Assembly (NCBI GenBank): GCA_964016885.1
Contig: OZ024763.1
Coordinates: forward strand, 10,540,001-10,604,000
DNA: 64,000 nucleotides
Source of the DNA: Eledone cirrhosa
Lineage: Eukaryota
Direction: 5' to 3'
The position numbers were made by a program, and so were the translations under genes. The notes beneath the pieces were generated by a model. It made no database searches. It was not told the origin of the DNA and worked only from the letters and a program-made list of their open reading frames with translations. Shown here in pieces: positions 46,700-57,680 of the stretch (position 1 is its first letter; each line of letters starts with the position of its first letter).

Positions 46700-47505
46700 C
46701 ATTACCATATTTCTAATGAAAGACACTGCCTATGTCTTTAACCTTTTCATTACCATATTTCTAATGAAAGACACTGTCTATGTCTTTAACTCTTTCATTA
46801 CCATATTTCTAATGAAAGACACTGCCTATGTCTTTAACCCTTTCATTACCATATTTCTAATGAAAGACACTGTCTATGTCATTAACCCTTTCATTACCAT
46901 ATTTCTAATGAAAGACACTGTCTATGTCATTAACCCTTTCATTGCCATATTTCTAATGAAAGACACTGTCTATGTCATTAACCCTTTCATTACCATATTT
47001 CTAATGAAAGACACTGCCTATGTCTTTAACCCTTTCATTACCATATTTCTAATGAAAGACACTGTCTATGTCATTAACCCTTTCATTACCATATTTCTAA
47101 TGAAAGACACTGTCTATGTCATTAACCCTTTCATTGCCATATTTCTAATGAAAGACACTGTCTATGTCATTAACCCTTTCATTACCATATTTCTAATGAA
47201 AGACACTGTCTATGTCTTTAACCCTTTCATTACCATATTTCTAATGAAAGACACTGCCTATGTCTTTAACCCTTTCATTACCATATTTCTAATGAAAGAC
47301 ACTGTCTATGTCATTAACCCTTTCATTACCATATTTCTAATGAAAGACACTGTCTATGTCATTAACCCTTTCATTACCATATTTCTAATGAAAGACACTG
47401 CCTATGTCTTTAACCCTTTCATTACCATATTTCTAATGAAAGACACTGTCTATGTCATTAACCCTTTCATTGCCATATTTCTAATGAAAGACACTGTCTA
47501 TGTCT
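46700..47505. repeat. 48-bp minisatellite, ~17 units
   Basis: CATTACCATATTTCTAATGAAAGACACTGTCTATGTCATTAACCCTTT. Confidence 0.96.
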
Positions 47506-48805
47506 GATCGTCCGGTGACCATATCTTGTTCACACAGAACTGTTTCTAACTTGGTTTCTATGGCTGGATGCCCTTCCTAATACCAACCACTAGCATGGGT
47601 TATATATATATATATCATCATCATCACCGTTTATCATCCATTTTTCTATGCTGGTATGGGTTAGATGAGCTATCCTTCTGTGAGCAATGCCAGGTCAGGT
47701 GACCATGTCTTGCTCATACAGAACTGATTCTGGCTTGGTTTCTACAGCTGGATGCCCTTCCTAGTGCCAACCTAATTACAGTGAGTACTGGGTGTTTTTG
47801 TTGTGATGCCTATATGACCACATTACAGTGTGGGCTGGAGGCTTCACTAGATGTATGCTATAGCCTGTTTGCATGAGAGATGTAGGGGAATGGGTGGGGT
47901 GGTACATACAATATATATTTGTATGCTTCAGCTTGTGCCTGTGGGAAGGCGTGTCTTCTGTATTACTGCATCCGGTCCTGTGTCATCGTCTTTGAGAGGT
48001 CAGCTCTTATCACCTTGTCCCAAGTCTTCTTGGGTCTCCCCACACTCAGGATTCCATCAACTTTGAGTGCTCTGCACCATTTTATACAGCTGTCATCCTT
48101 CATATGCATCATGGGGCCATACCAATGCAGATGCCTCTGCTGCACATTGCATCCGATTCCTCTTATGCCTAGTCGCTCTCTGAGTTTGTTTATGCTTTGC
48201 CATTCACATCCATTGAAGTATCCAAGCTTCATTTCTTTCCAAACTATGCAAGACTTCTGCACACAGAGTCCAGGCCTTATTATCATGCAACATTACTGTA
48301 TGCACACATCAAACAGTCTACCTTTCATCTTGAGAGAAAAGCTTTTTGCAGCTAGCAGTGGTAGTAGCTCCCTGAACTTCTTCTATCCCGTTTTTACACT
48401 GGCTATGGCTACTGTACTTTCAGAACACCCACCTCCACTGCTAATTTGGTCATCCAGGTAGCAGAAGTTGTTTACTGTTTCTACTGAGCCTTCTCAGATT
48501 TTGGTGGTGCTTGTTGCCTGTAGTTGTTTGCTGCTTACTGCTCTGGTGCACCAGCTACATGTAAAACCTACATTTTTAGCTAGACTTACCGAGATCCCAC
48601 TGCATCTCTTGTGTACCCATAGCTTGCATTTGGGACAGAGAATGGAATTTCTACCTACATCTTTTCTATACACTGAGCAAGGCTATTTCCCCTAGGGGAT
48701 CAGGGCTATGTTTTCTCTTCTATTTACTAGGACCTTAGTCTTTGTCAGGTTCACTTTAAGATCCCCATGTTTCTAGGCCATGCTTCCATGTTTGTAATTT
48801 CTTCT
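47506..48805 (-). mobile_element. RTE family A LINE 3' fragment, plus an extra tail fragment at 47506-47600
   Basis: Reverse-complement homologue of 5340-6526 with frameshifts; WYGPMMHMKDDSCIKWC..GRPKKTW. Confidence 0.9.
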
Positions 48806-48848
48806 CTATATATTATATATATGTGTGTATAATATTATATATGTGTGT

Positions 48849-49033
48849 GTGGATTGGCAGTATCGGTAGAGGGTCAGATGCCATGCTTTGACGCATAGAG
48901 CTACGTCCCTTGCCATTCTGAGTTCAAATCCCGCCGAGGTTAACTTTGCCTTTCATCCTTACGGGGTCGATAAAATAAAGTACCAGTAATACACTGAGTA
49001 ATTGCTGGCCTTGTGCCAAAAGTAGAAACAATT
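48849..49033 (+). mobile_element. Meta-type tRNA SINE, near full length
   Basis: Same family as 36753-36928. Confidence 0.88.
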
Positions 49034-49124
49034 ATATATGTGTGTGTGTAATATTATATATATGTGTGTGTATAATATTATATATATGTGTGTGTATAAT
49101 CATAACCACCATCACAGCATGGGT

Positions 49125-49174
<50 letters not shown>

Positions 49175-50066
49175 CAGGGTGCGGACGATATTTGTTCGCA
49201 AGATTACTGTCTAGGAAAAAATAACACGGTAGTTTTATTTTTTAAGATATATTTATCAAACTTGGATCAGTTTATCTTCATGACTTGCTCTTTTGATCTC
49301 ACTTGATAAACCCGACATTGGCTTTGATGATGGCCTCAAGGTGGCCTTGGAACCAGCTACAGGCCTTCGTCACTGTGCCCCGAGTTAGGCCCCTAAAGGC
49401 ACTTGTAATCCTGGCCTTCAGATCGTCTTTCGTATTGCAGCTAGATCTATTGGTATCTCGTTCCACTGCGCCCCACACAAAGAAGTCGAGGGGGTTGCAG
49501 TCAGGCGAGCTGGGAGGCCAGATGTCAGGTGAAGTGTGGTCGACAAAGTTCTCTGACAGCCAGGCTTGGGTCTTTCGGCTGGTATGGCAGGGTACTGAGT
49601 CTTGCTGCCACACGTACGGCCTACCTGCAGCTACCTGGTCGATCCAGGGCTATACTACCTCGCTCAGAACGCGGATGTAACCATCGGTGTTCAGCTTGAG
49701 GCCCTCAGGGAAGAAGTGAGGTGGCATGACGTCACCTTGACTGCTGATGACACCTAAGACCAATGTTGTCGCTGGAAACTTTGTCTGCATGACTCTGGGC
49801 ACATCTTTGGATGAGACAACGAGCCACCTGTTGTTCTGAGAGTTGATCTTCTGGTCTTATTTGTCCTCCCGGCGCAGATTCCAAGAAGAACTCTGTGTCT
49901 CTTCCTCAAATTTGGAGGTTCAAAATTATTCATAATCAATTATTCTGAAAATAAATAATGGAAATATAGTCACTGTTTTTATGAAGACAAGAGTAACAAC
50001 GGAAGTAAAAAAAATTTGCATAAAATTAGCAGTTGAAAATTGCGAACAAATATTGTCCACACCCTG
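49175..50066 (-). mobile_element. Tc1/mariner DD37D (maT) transposon, internally deleted and non-autonomous
   Basis: 27-bp TIRs CAGGGTGYGGACRATATTTGTTCGCAA flanked by TA; WQQD-x37-D (SPDCNPLD); HTH and first catalytic D deleted; in-frame TAG at ~49650. Confidence 0.92.
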
Positions 50067-50202
50067 TATATACATATATATATATGTGTGTGTGTGTGTG
50101 TAGACGAGGTTATAGTATCATCTATAATATTGTTTGCACACATTACACACTTAATGAGGTATGGAATGAACCTGTCTCAAAGTGCCAACCAACTGTATAT
50201 AT

Positions 50203-50345
50203 ATAACGAAGGAAATGTGTTAAGGAACCAGATGGACCATAACGCACCAAAGTACTCAATACTTAGGGTAGTAGAGTGGGTAATAGGAACAAGTAGGACC
50301 CCGATGGCTGAGCTCAAGCTCAGCCGTCGGGGTCCTACTTGTTCC

Positions 50346-50348
<3 letters not shown>
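50203..50348 (+). mobile_element. Short element ending in a hairpin (homologue of 52928-53110)
   Basis: Shared AAGGAACCAGATGGACCATAACGCACC...; hairpin at 50283-50348. Confidence 0.7.
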
Positions 50349-50378
<30 letters not shown>

Positions 50379-50644
50379 ATGTATGTGTGTGTGTGTGTAT
50401 CTCATCACAGCATATATAGGTTGTATATATATATATAATATACGGGTCTAGAGAATCAAACTCTCTACCCACACGAAATCATGTTTCTATCTATTTAACA
50501 TATTAGCATACACTCTGCTTCCCTTTTGGTTGGAACCTTAATGATACAGGCTTAATTACAGTATTGAGTGGGTGAAACGGCTGAAGGCATTTCGGTCCTA
50601 ACTTTGACTCTGTTTCAGTATCATTATCATAATTTCAAATTATC

Positions 50645-50752
50645 AAATCCCGCCGAGGTTGACTTTGCCTTTCATCCTTACGGGGTCGATAAAATAAAGT
50701 ACCAGTAATGCACTGGGTAATTGCTGGCCTTGTGCCAAAAGTAGAAACAATT
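50645..50752 (+). mobile_element. Meta-type SINE, 5'-truncated
   Basis: Meta-like core and tail; ATTATCATAATTT on both sides. Confidence 0.8.
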
Positions 50753-50792
50753 ATCATAATTTAACGTCCATTTTCCATGCTGGCATGGGTTA

Positions 50793-50833
<41 letters not shown>

Positions 50834-51014
50834 GAAAACAGGGAGAAAGAGACGATTATGAGGAAGAAAAATATATTCTTTTTCTTTTTTGTTTCTCTCT
50901 CTCTTTTTTCTGGGTTAGAAAATGATTAATTTCTAACCCAGAAAAAAGAGAGAGAGAAACAAAAAAAGGGAAAAAAAAAATTTTTCTTCCTCATAATCGT
51001 CTCTTTCTCCCTGT

Positions 51015-51080
<66 letters not shown>

Positions 51081-51436
51081 TAACTCATGTGCTTCCTCTC
51101 CACATTTTATTATATATATATATATATATATAGATATAATATAAAACGAAAAATCAGTGATGCATCTGAACTCAATTTATTGTGTGTTACAATTGTTTCG
51201 CCGGCGGACAGCTCGAGATGTGATCATTGTGTCCGTCAAACCTGCGGGTCCAGATCAGACAGATCCACACAATGATCGCGTCTCGAGCTGTCTGCCGGGG
51301 AAACAATTGTAACACACAATAAATTGAGTTCAGATGCATCACTGATTTTTCGTTTTATATTATATCACACTCTGATCTGTAAGAGCATAGAGTGCTCAAC
51401 TGGCATACTGCCTATGGAAGCATCTTCGCTACCATC

Positions 51437-51468
51437 AGACACACACACACACACATATACATACATAC

Positions 51469-51505
<37 letters not shown>

Positions 51506-51518
51506 CATATATATAAAC

Positions 51519-51549
<31 letters not shown>

Positions 51550-51565
51550 CATATATATAAACATA

Positions 51566-51601
<36 letters not shown>

Positions 51602-51619
51602 CATATATACATATATATA

Positions 51620-51658
<39 letters not shown>

Positions 51659-51671
51659 TTATATATATGTA

Positions 51672-51719
<48 letters not shown>

Positions 51720-51910
51720 TATATACATATATATAAACATATATATATACATATATATATACATATATATATACATATATATATACATATATATATATAT
51801 ATAAAAATATATATATTTATACATATATATATATACACATATATATATATACATATATATACATATATATATATATATAAAAATATATATATTTATACAT
51901 ATATATATAT

Positions 51911-51968
<58 letters not shown>
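51437..51968. repeat. (TA)n/(CA)n compound microsatellite
   Basis: Direct reading. Confidence 0.95.
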
Positions 51969-51970
<2 letters not shown>

Positions 51971-52302
51971 AGGCACATGGCTTAGTGGTTAGAGCATTGG
52001 CCTTGCAATCGAAAGGTTGTGAGTTCAATTCTCAGACTGGGTGATGTGTTGTTTCCTTGAGCAAGACACTTTATTTCACATTGCTCCAGTTTACTCAGCT
52101 GTAGAAATGAGATGATAGGGACTGCGGTCCTTATCATTCCACTGCAAAGTGGTCGTGGAGGTGCCACGGCAAAAAAGCACCCAGCACTCACTGTAAATGA
52201 GGTTGGTGTTAGGAAGGGCATCCAGCTGTAGAAATCAAGCCAGAATCAGTTCCCGTCCCACCCTTGCAAGCAGGGAAAAGCGGACGTATGATGATGATGA
52301 TT
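51969..52302 (+). mobile_element. CORE-type tRNA SINE followed by RTE-derived 3' sequence
   Basis: TGGCTTAGTGGTTAGAGC A-box, GAGTTCAATTC B-box, CCTTGAGCAAGACACTT core, then RTE 3' UTR and (GAT)n. Confidence 0.8.
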
Positions 52303-52649
52303 ATCATCATCATCATCGTTTATATTATTTATTATATATATATATAGAGAGAGAGAGAGAGTGAGAGAGAGTGTGAGAGATGGGTAAAATCGCAACAGCA
52401 GTGCCAAATGGTTTAATCTTGTGAATACACAAGCTGAAACCTCTCTATACCCACTCTGAGTGCATATAGAGAGGTACTCACATGATTTGTGGTCTCCCAG
52501 GTCTCAGCACCTCTCCCCCTTCTCTCTGTATATATATATATATATAGTCTAGACCCACCTCGTCAACGAAACAATTGTCAGTACTTTAAATAAAGCCCTT
52601 ATTGTACAGCCAACCATGTTACTCTTCTTTCTCTAACTATTATTACTCC

Positions 52650-52748
52650 CGCCGAGGTTAACTTTGCCTTTCATCCTTACGGGGTCGATAAAATAAAGTA
52701 CCAGTAATGTACTGGGTATTTGCTGGCCTTGTGCCAAAAGTAGAAACA
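52650..52748 (+). mobile_element. Meta-type SINE, 5'-truncated, with TSD
   Basis: TTATTACTCC flanks both sides. Confidence 0.8.
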
Positions 52749-53121
52749 ATTATTACTCCAAGTATAACCTGCATAGAAATTACCGCGAACTCGCTGCATA
52801 ACCATGGAAACATCTTGTTGAGTCAAACAAAGCCGTACGTTAAAACCATCCTCGACGCAGAGTACTCTAACCGGATTACCTCTAACTGGATTACCTATAA
52901 CAATAACTTGTTATCCCATATATATATAATAGGAAAAAGTATGACCCCGACGGCAGAGCTCAAGCCGTTTAGTCCAGAAATAGCCGTCTAAACGGCTTGA
53001 GCTCTGCCGTCGGGGTCATACTTTTTCCTATTTCCCACTCTACTACCCTAAGTATTGAGTACTCTGGTGCGTTATGGTCCATCTGGTTCCTTACCACAAT
53101 TCCTTTGTTATATATATATAT

Positions 53122-53329
53122 AACAAACGGATCAGTACTATACGAACATGCCAGACAACAACACAATGGTAACATAGACAACATAGAAATTAGAATAATA
53201 TCTAAACATAGAAATGACCCAGCAGATAGGCAAATCAGAGAGGCCAGTGAAATAGAACTTAGAAGGCCAAGGCTAAACAGAAAGAATGAATGGAATAACA
53301 ACAACATCCAAACAAAAAGACTGACCTAA
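53122..53329 (+). pseudogene. Penelope-like element GIY-YIG endonuclease C-terminal fragment
   Basis: GSVLYEHARQQH..IEIRII...RQIREASEIELRRPRLN fits the S-x-x-x-x-H...E-A-x-x-I...P-x-L-N end of PLE endonucleases; followed by a hammerhead-bearing 3' region. Confidence 0.75.
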
Positions 53330-53596
53330 GAGAAGTATAAATAAATAAATAGATAAATAAATAAATAAATACATACACAAGCACAATAACAACAAACACA
53401 TATAAACACACACTAGTAAAGATAGAATACATTAACCAATACACAGTCACCCAATCACGAACACACATCAAACAAAACACTATACACACACGCAAACGCA
53501 TGCGCAAAGAAGACAAAATAAAATAAACAAATAAATAAATATATAAACAGACTAAATAAAGATGGCGTAGAAAATACAATGTAACGGGAGGAAACA

Positions 53597-53650
53597 ATAG
53601 CACCACTGACGATGTTGCAGATGTGCAACGAAAGAACTTTGATAAACTAT
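53597..53650 (+). ncRNA. Minimal type I hammerhead ribozyme motif (weak stem I)
   Basis: CTGACGA-T-GTTGCA-gatg-TGCAAC-GAAA-GAAC-TT. Confidence 0.65.
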
Positions 53651-53905
53651 ATATGTGTTTGTGTCTATATTGTATTTGTATTATTTTTGACCGCTGGTCA
53701 GTCAATGGCAACATTGAGGACCGAATAAATTAGATTACCGATATAAAAGACACAGAAGCGAGAAGCGAAAACCAAGCAAACAGTGAGTGTGTTCTGTTAT
53801 TAATTCTGGCAATATTACACAAATATGACCCACCCCAAGTATAACAATATTTGTTTCGACACATGATTTCATATAAAAAACCTCGCAAAACTAATTCATC
53901 GCCGT

Positions 53906-53938
<33 letters not shown>

Positions 53939-53984
53939 AAATAAAATAAATAAGTCAAATATTTAAAATTTGGTTTCGTTTATT

Positions 53985-54039
53985 ACTGCTATATATATTT
54001 CGGTGACAGCCATCTTTGGTTGTGACCTCTTCAGGCAGT
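53985..54039 (-). ncRNA. Minimal type I hammerhead ribozyme, canonical core
   Basis: ACTGC-CTGAAGA-GGTCACAACCA-aaga-TGGCTGTCACC-GAAA-TATATA-TA-GCAGT. Confidence 0.8.
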
Positions 54040-54340
54040 CCAAATTAGTGTGGTAGAGACGGGTACACATGTTGTTGAGGTGTTTAACTTTGTCAATACT
54101 CTGATATGCCCAGTTCCTGGTTGGGTTGTTATTTCTCTGGGGAACTGGAATCATATATAGCAGTAATAAACGAAACCAAATTTTAAATATTTGACTTATT
54201 TATTTTATTTTACATTACTCCGGAGTAAACAAACCAACCTGCGCACTTCGTCGAGTGCTCCAATCTGCATACTGAGGTGTCAGTAAACAACCAACATATA
54301 CTCAATGTGAGAAAAACCACAGACCCTCCATCTCAACTCA

Positions 54341-54378
54341 CCTTTTGAAAAGCAGAAGAACTGCGAAACCGGTAAAGG
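54341..54378 (+). ncRNA. Minimal type I hammerhead motif, U3-A8 core variant
   Basis: CCTT-TTGAAAA-GCAG-aagaa-CTGC-GAAA-CCGG-TA-AAGG. Confidence 0.65.
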
Positions 54379-54514
54379 AACCAAATAAATATATATATTT
54401 TTAAAAAAAATAAGACTCCAGTTGCATTTTCGATTTCATCTCTTTTTCTTTATACTTTCACTCGTGTAGAACACCTCGGTTATTTTTCAATTTGTAAAAA
54501 AAACCTTACTTTCT

Positions 54515-54563
<49 letters not shown>

Positions 54564-54725
54564 TCCAGCCTGAGATGTGTTACAGAGCTGACAACAGCTG
54601 AACTTATACAGTGGCATTGTTAGATATTTTGCCAAAGTAAGCAGACTGTCAATTGCTGACTCTACAACAGCTTATAACCTTTTCTACCCACTTTGGTACA
54701 CTGCCAGAACATGTTTTACACACGA

Positions 54726-54834
<109 letters not shown>

Positions 54835-55095
54835 AACATATATATATATACACAGGGTGTCCCAAAAATGTATTCACACTTTGATTACCTGTACAGGCAA
54901 TGGTTATCAGAATGCTGTTGAAATATGTATACATTTTTTGTATATATATGTGTGTGTGTGTGTATGGAGTATTTATGTATGTGCATGTGAGTATAGTATA
55001 TGTCATCATCATCATCATCATCATTTAACGTCTATCTTCCACGCTAGCATGGGTTAGACGGGAATTGTCCCACTTGAGGCAAGATTGTGTGTATG

Positions 55096-55133
<38 letters not shown>

Positions 55134-55260
55134 GAAGTTCTATTTAAATTGTTGGGATACAACAAGCAAATATTTTTATAACTGATATAAAGCACTCAAC
55201 AAATAATTGGAGTAAAAATACGATATTAACAAATGGAAACTATATTTATAAAACCATATT

Positions 55261-55325
55261 TATTTCATTATACATATTTCAAGGACACCAAGTTAAATTA
55301 TGGTGTGCTTTCATCAGATAAAATA
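55261..55325 (-). ncRNA. Minimal type I hammerhead ribozyme, canonical core
   Basis: TATTTTAT-CTGATGA-AAGCACACCA-loop-TGGTGTCCTT-GAAA-TATGTA-TA-ATGAAATA. Confidence 0.75.
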
Positions 55326-55504
55326 TAATATAGAGCAGTTTTATAAATATAGAGCAGTTTTATAAATATAGAGCAGTTTTATAAATAAATATTGACATAC
55401 CCTTAAAGAATGCAACCATTACTGTCCGGGAGCTTCCAACAGTAATGGTTGCATTCTTTAAGGGTATGTCAATATTTATTTATAAAACTGCTCTATATTA
55501 TATT

Positions 55505-55900
55505 TTAGGTTTATGGTGTCTGTATGAGATGTGCGATGCTGCATGGTAGTGAGACATAGGCAGCTACTGCGGAGGATATGTGACGGCTGGAGAGAAATGA
55601 AGCAAGCATGCTTTGATGGATGTGTAACGTCAATGTGTATGAAAAACCAAGCAGGAGAGAAGACTGTGATGTGCATGGAGGATGACTGCTGGGTAAAGAA
55701 GTGCCACGAAATCCCAGTGGAAGAAAGACGCAGTAGAGGAAGACCACGAAAAACATGGGCAGAGGTGGTGAGAACTGACCTCAGATCACTGAAGCTCACA
55801 GAAGAGATGACAAAGGACCGTGACAAGTGGAGAGATGCTGTGCTGAATAGGACCCGTCCCACCATGCAAGCAGGGAAAAGCGGACGTAAAATGATGATGA
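55505..55900 (+). mobile_element. RTE family B LINE 3' fragment with internal deletion
   Basis: MLHGSET..., MEDDCWVKKC..RGRPRKTWAEVV, (GAT)n tail. Confidence 0.85.
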
Positions 55901-56045
55901 ATATTTAACTCCATTCCTGCACCAGCCAACAGATACCACATGTAAGATGGAGGATTTGTATAACATCGAGTGTTCTAATTTATTGCATCATCGTTTATAA
56001 TCGGAATGACCAGTTCTATCCAATGGTGAACAACACAACATAAAT

Positions 56046-56085
<40 letters not shown>

Positions 56086-56101
56086 TATATATATATACAG
56101 A

Positions 56102-56245
56102 TGTAAAGTGGTCGTATAGGCCTCACAACAAAAAGCACCCAGTACACACTCTAGATGAGGTTGGCATTAAGAAGAGCATCCAGCTGTAGAAACCAAGCCA
56201 GAATCAGTTCCTGTATGAGCAAGACATGGTCACCTGACCTGGCAT
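56102..56245 (+). mobile_element. RTE family A 3' UTR fragment
   Basis: GTTGGCATTAAGAAGAGCATCCAGCTGTAGAAACCAAGCCAG. Confidence 0.7.
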
Positions 56246-56286
56246 CAGCCGATGTATACTTTTGAGAATACCATCTATTCTCAGCA

Positions 56287-56381
56287 GTTCCAGTAGGGAG
56301 CAGTGTCGAGAATACGCAATCTTGACAAAGAGCAAACACTCCGAAACAATAGTCGATTGTTTTCTCAGCTACCGCTGGAAC
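56287..56381 (+). ncRNA. Hammerhead-like motif with U3-A8 core and extended stem I, possibly decayed
   Basis: CAATC-TTGACAA-AGAG-caaaca-CTCC-GAAA-CAATAG-TC-GATTG; distal GAGAA/TTCTC and GTTCCAG/CTGGAAC pairings. Confidence 0.55.
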
Positions 56382-56783
56382 AAAAGATGTCGTTGGTAAT
56401 CTAACCCGTGGTGTTTATGAGGCTATATATATATATTATATAAAATATATATAAAATGGGCAAAAAACGATGGGGCTATATATATTATATATTATATGTA
56501 CCAGTAATGCACTGGGTAATTGCTGGCCTTGTGCCTAACGTAGAAACAATTATATAATATATGTAGAAATAAACACAGTAAATTCTGTGTCTAAAATTAC
56601 GAGGGTAGAAATACTACATTTGTTTTATACATTTAACCTGAAGCATACATAAGATATAAAATTTTTATATACAGACCCAGCATGGCCTCAGCCGGATGGC
56701 TGAAACAGGTAAAAGAGACCATATCAATAACTATTTCATCTCTCGGACAGATTAGAGATTTAATTCTACATATATTATTATAT

Positions 56784-57459
56784 AATTGTTTCTACTTTTG
56801 GCACAAGGCCAGCAATTACCCAGTACATTACTGGTACTTTATTTTGTCGACACCGTAAGGATGAAAGGCAAAGTTAACCTCGGCAGGATTTGAACTCGGA
56901 TCATAAAGGGACGTAACTATGCTAGAAAGCATGGCGTCCGACCCTCTACCGATACTGCCAATCCCCGGATACATATATTATTATATAATTGTTTCTACTT
57001 TTGGCACAAGGCCAGCAATTACCCAGTGCATTACTGGTATTTTACTTTATCGACCCCGTAAGGATGAAAGGCAAAGTTAACCTCGGCGGGATGTAACTCT
57101 ATGCGTCAAAGCATGGCCTTTGACCCTCTACCGATACTGCCAATCCACGAACTCAAAATATAAATACTGAGCATTATATACAGTATTTATACTTTGAGTT
57201 TGTTAATTGCAGGGTATCAATATGAGTTATTAACTCTATATTTTATTTGTATTATATATTATATGTAAATAATTGTTTCTACTTTTGGCACAAGGCCAGC
57301 AAATTACCCAGTGCATTACTGGTACTTTATTTTATCGACCCCGTAAGGATGAAAGGCAAAGTCAACCTTGGCGGGGTTTGAACTTAGATCGTAAAGGGAC
57401 GTAACTATGCTGGAAAGCATGGCGTCCGACCCTCTACCGATACTGCCAATTCAACGCCC
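56784..57459 (-). mobile_element. Three Meta-type SINEs in the same orientation (56784-56965, 56987-57148, 57271-57459)
   Basis: Each is a reverse-complement copy of the 48849 family; the middle copy lacks the B-box segment. Confidence 0.88.
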
Positions 57460-57477
57460 TTTATTTACATATTTTAT

Positions 57478-57680
57478 GTAAATAATGGGCAAAAAAATGA
57501 AGCTACAAATTTTTCTGAGTGGGAAATGACAGTAGAGTGGGTGGAGTAGAAATTTTGGTTGCAGAAAAATGGGTAAACAAAGTAATTGCAGTAAATAGAG
57601 TAAATGACAGAATAATTAAACTTAAACTTGTATTAAATAGAACAACCATGACAATTATATCTGCTTTCGACCTCAATCTT
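57478..57680 (+). pseudogene. RTE LINE AP-endonuclease fragment
   Basis: YKFF.VGNDSRVGGVEILVAEKWVNKVIAVNRVNDRIIKLKL...TIISAF. Confidence 0.78.

Noticed and set aside
51969-52045. tRNA gene
   Set aside because: A and B boxes are present but there is no acceptor-stem cloverleaf, and it runs into a SINE core
52547-52590. CGAAACAATTGTC hammerhead 3' half
   Set aside because: The 5' core is absent (truncated at a TA tract); used only as context, not called as a ribozyme
54853-54940. Short Tc1-like end CAGGGTGTCCCAAAAATG
   Set aside because: No complete matching TIR or coding remnant; too short to classify
56677-56716. CAGCC-ggat-GGCTGAAACAGGTA as a hammerhead
   Set aside because: No CUGANGA-type core; it matches the retroposon-tail-like sequence of the 62010 minisatellite instead
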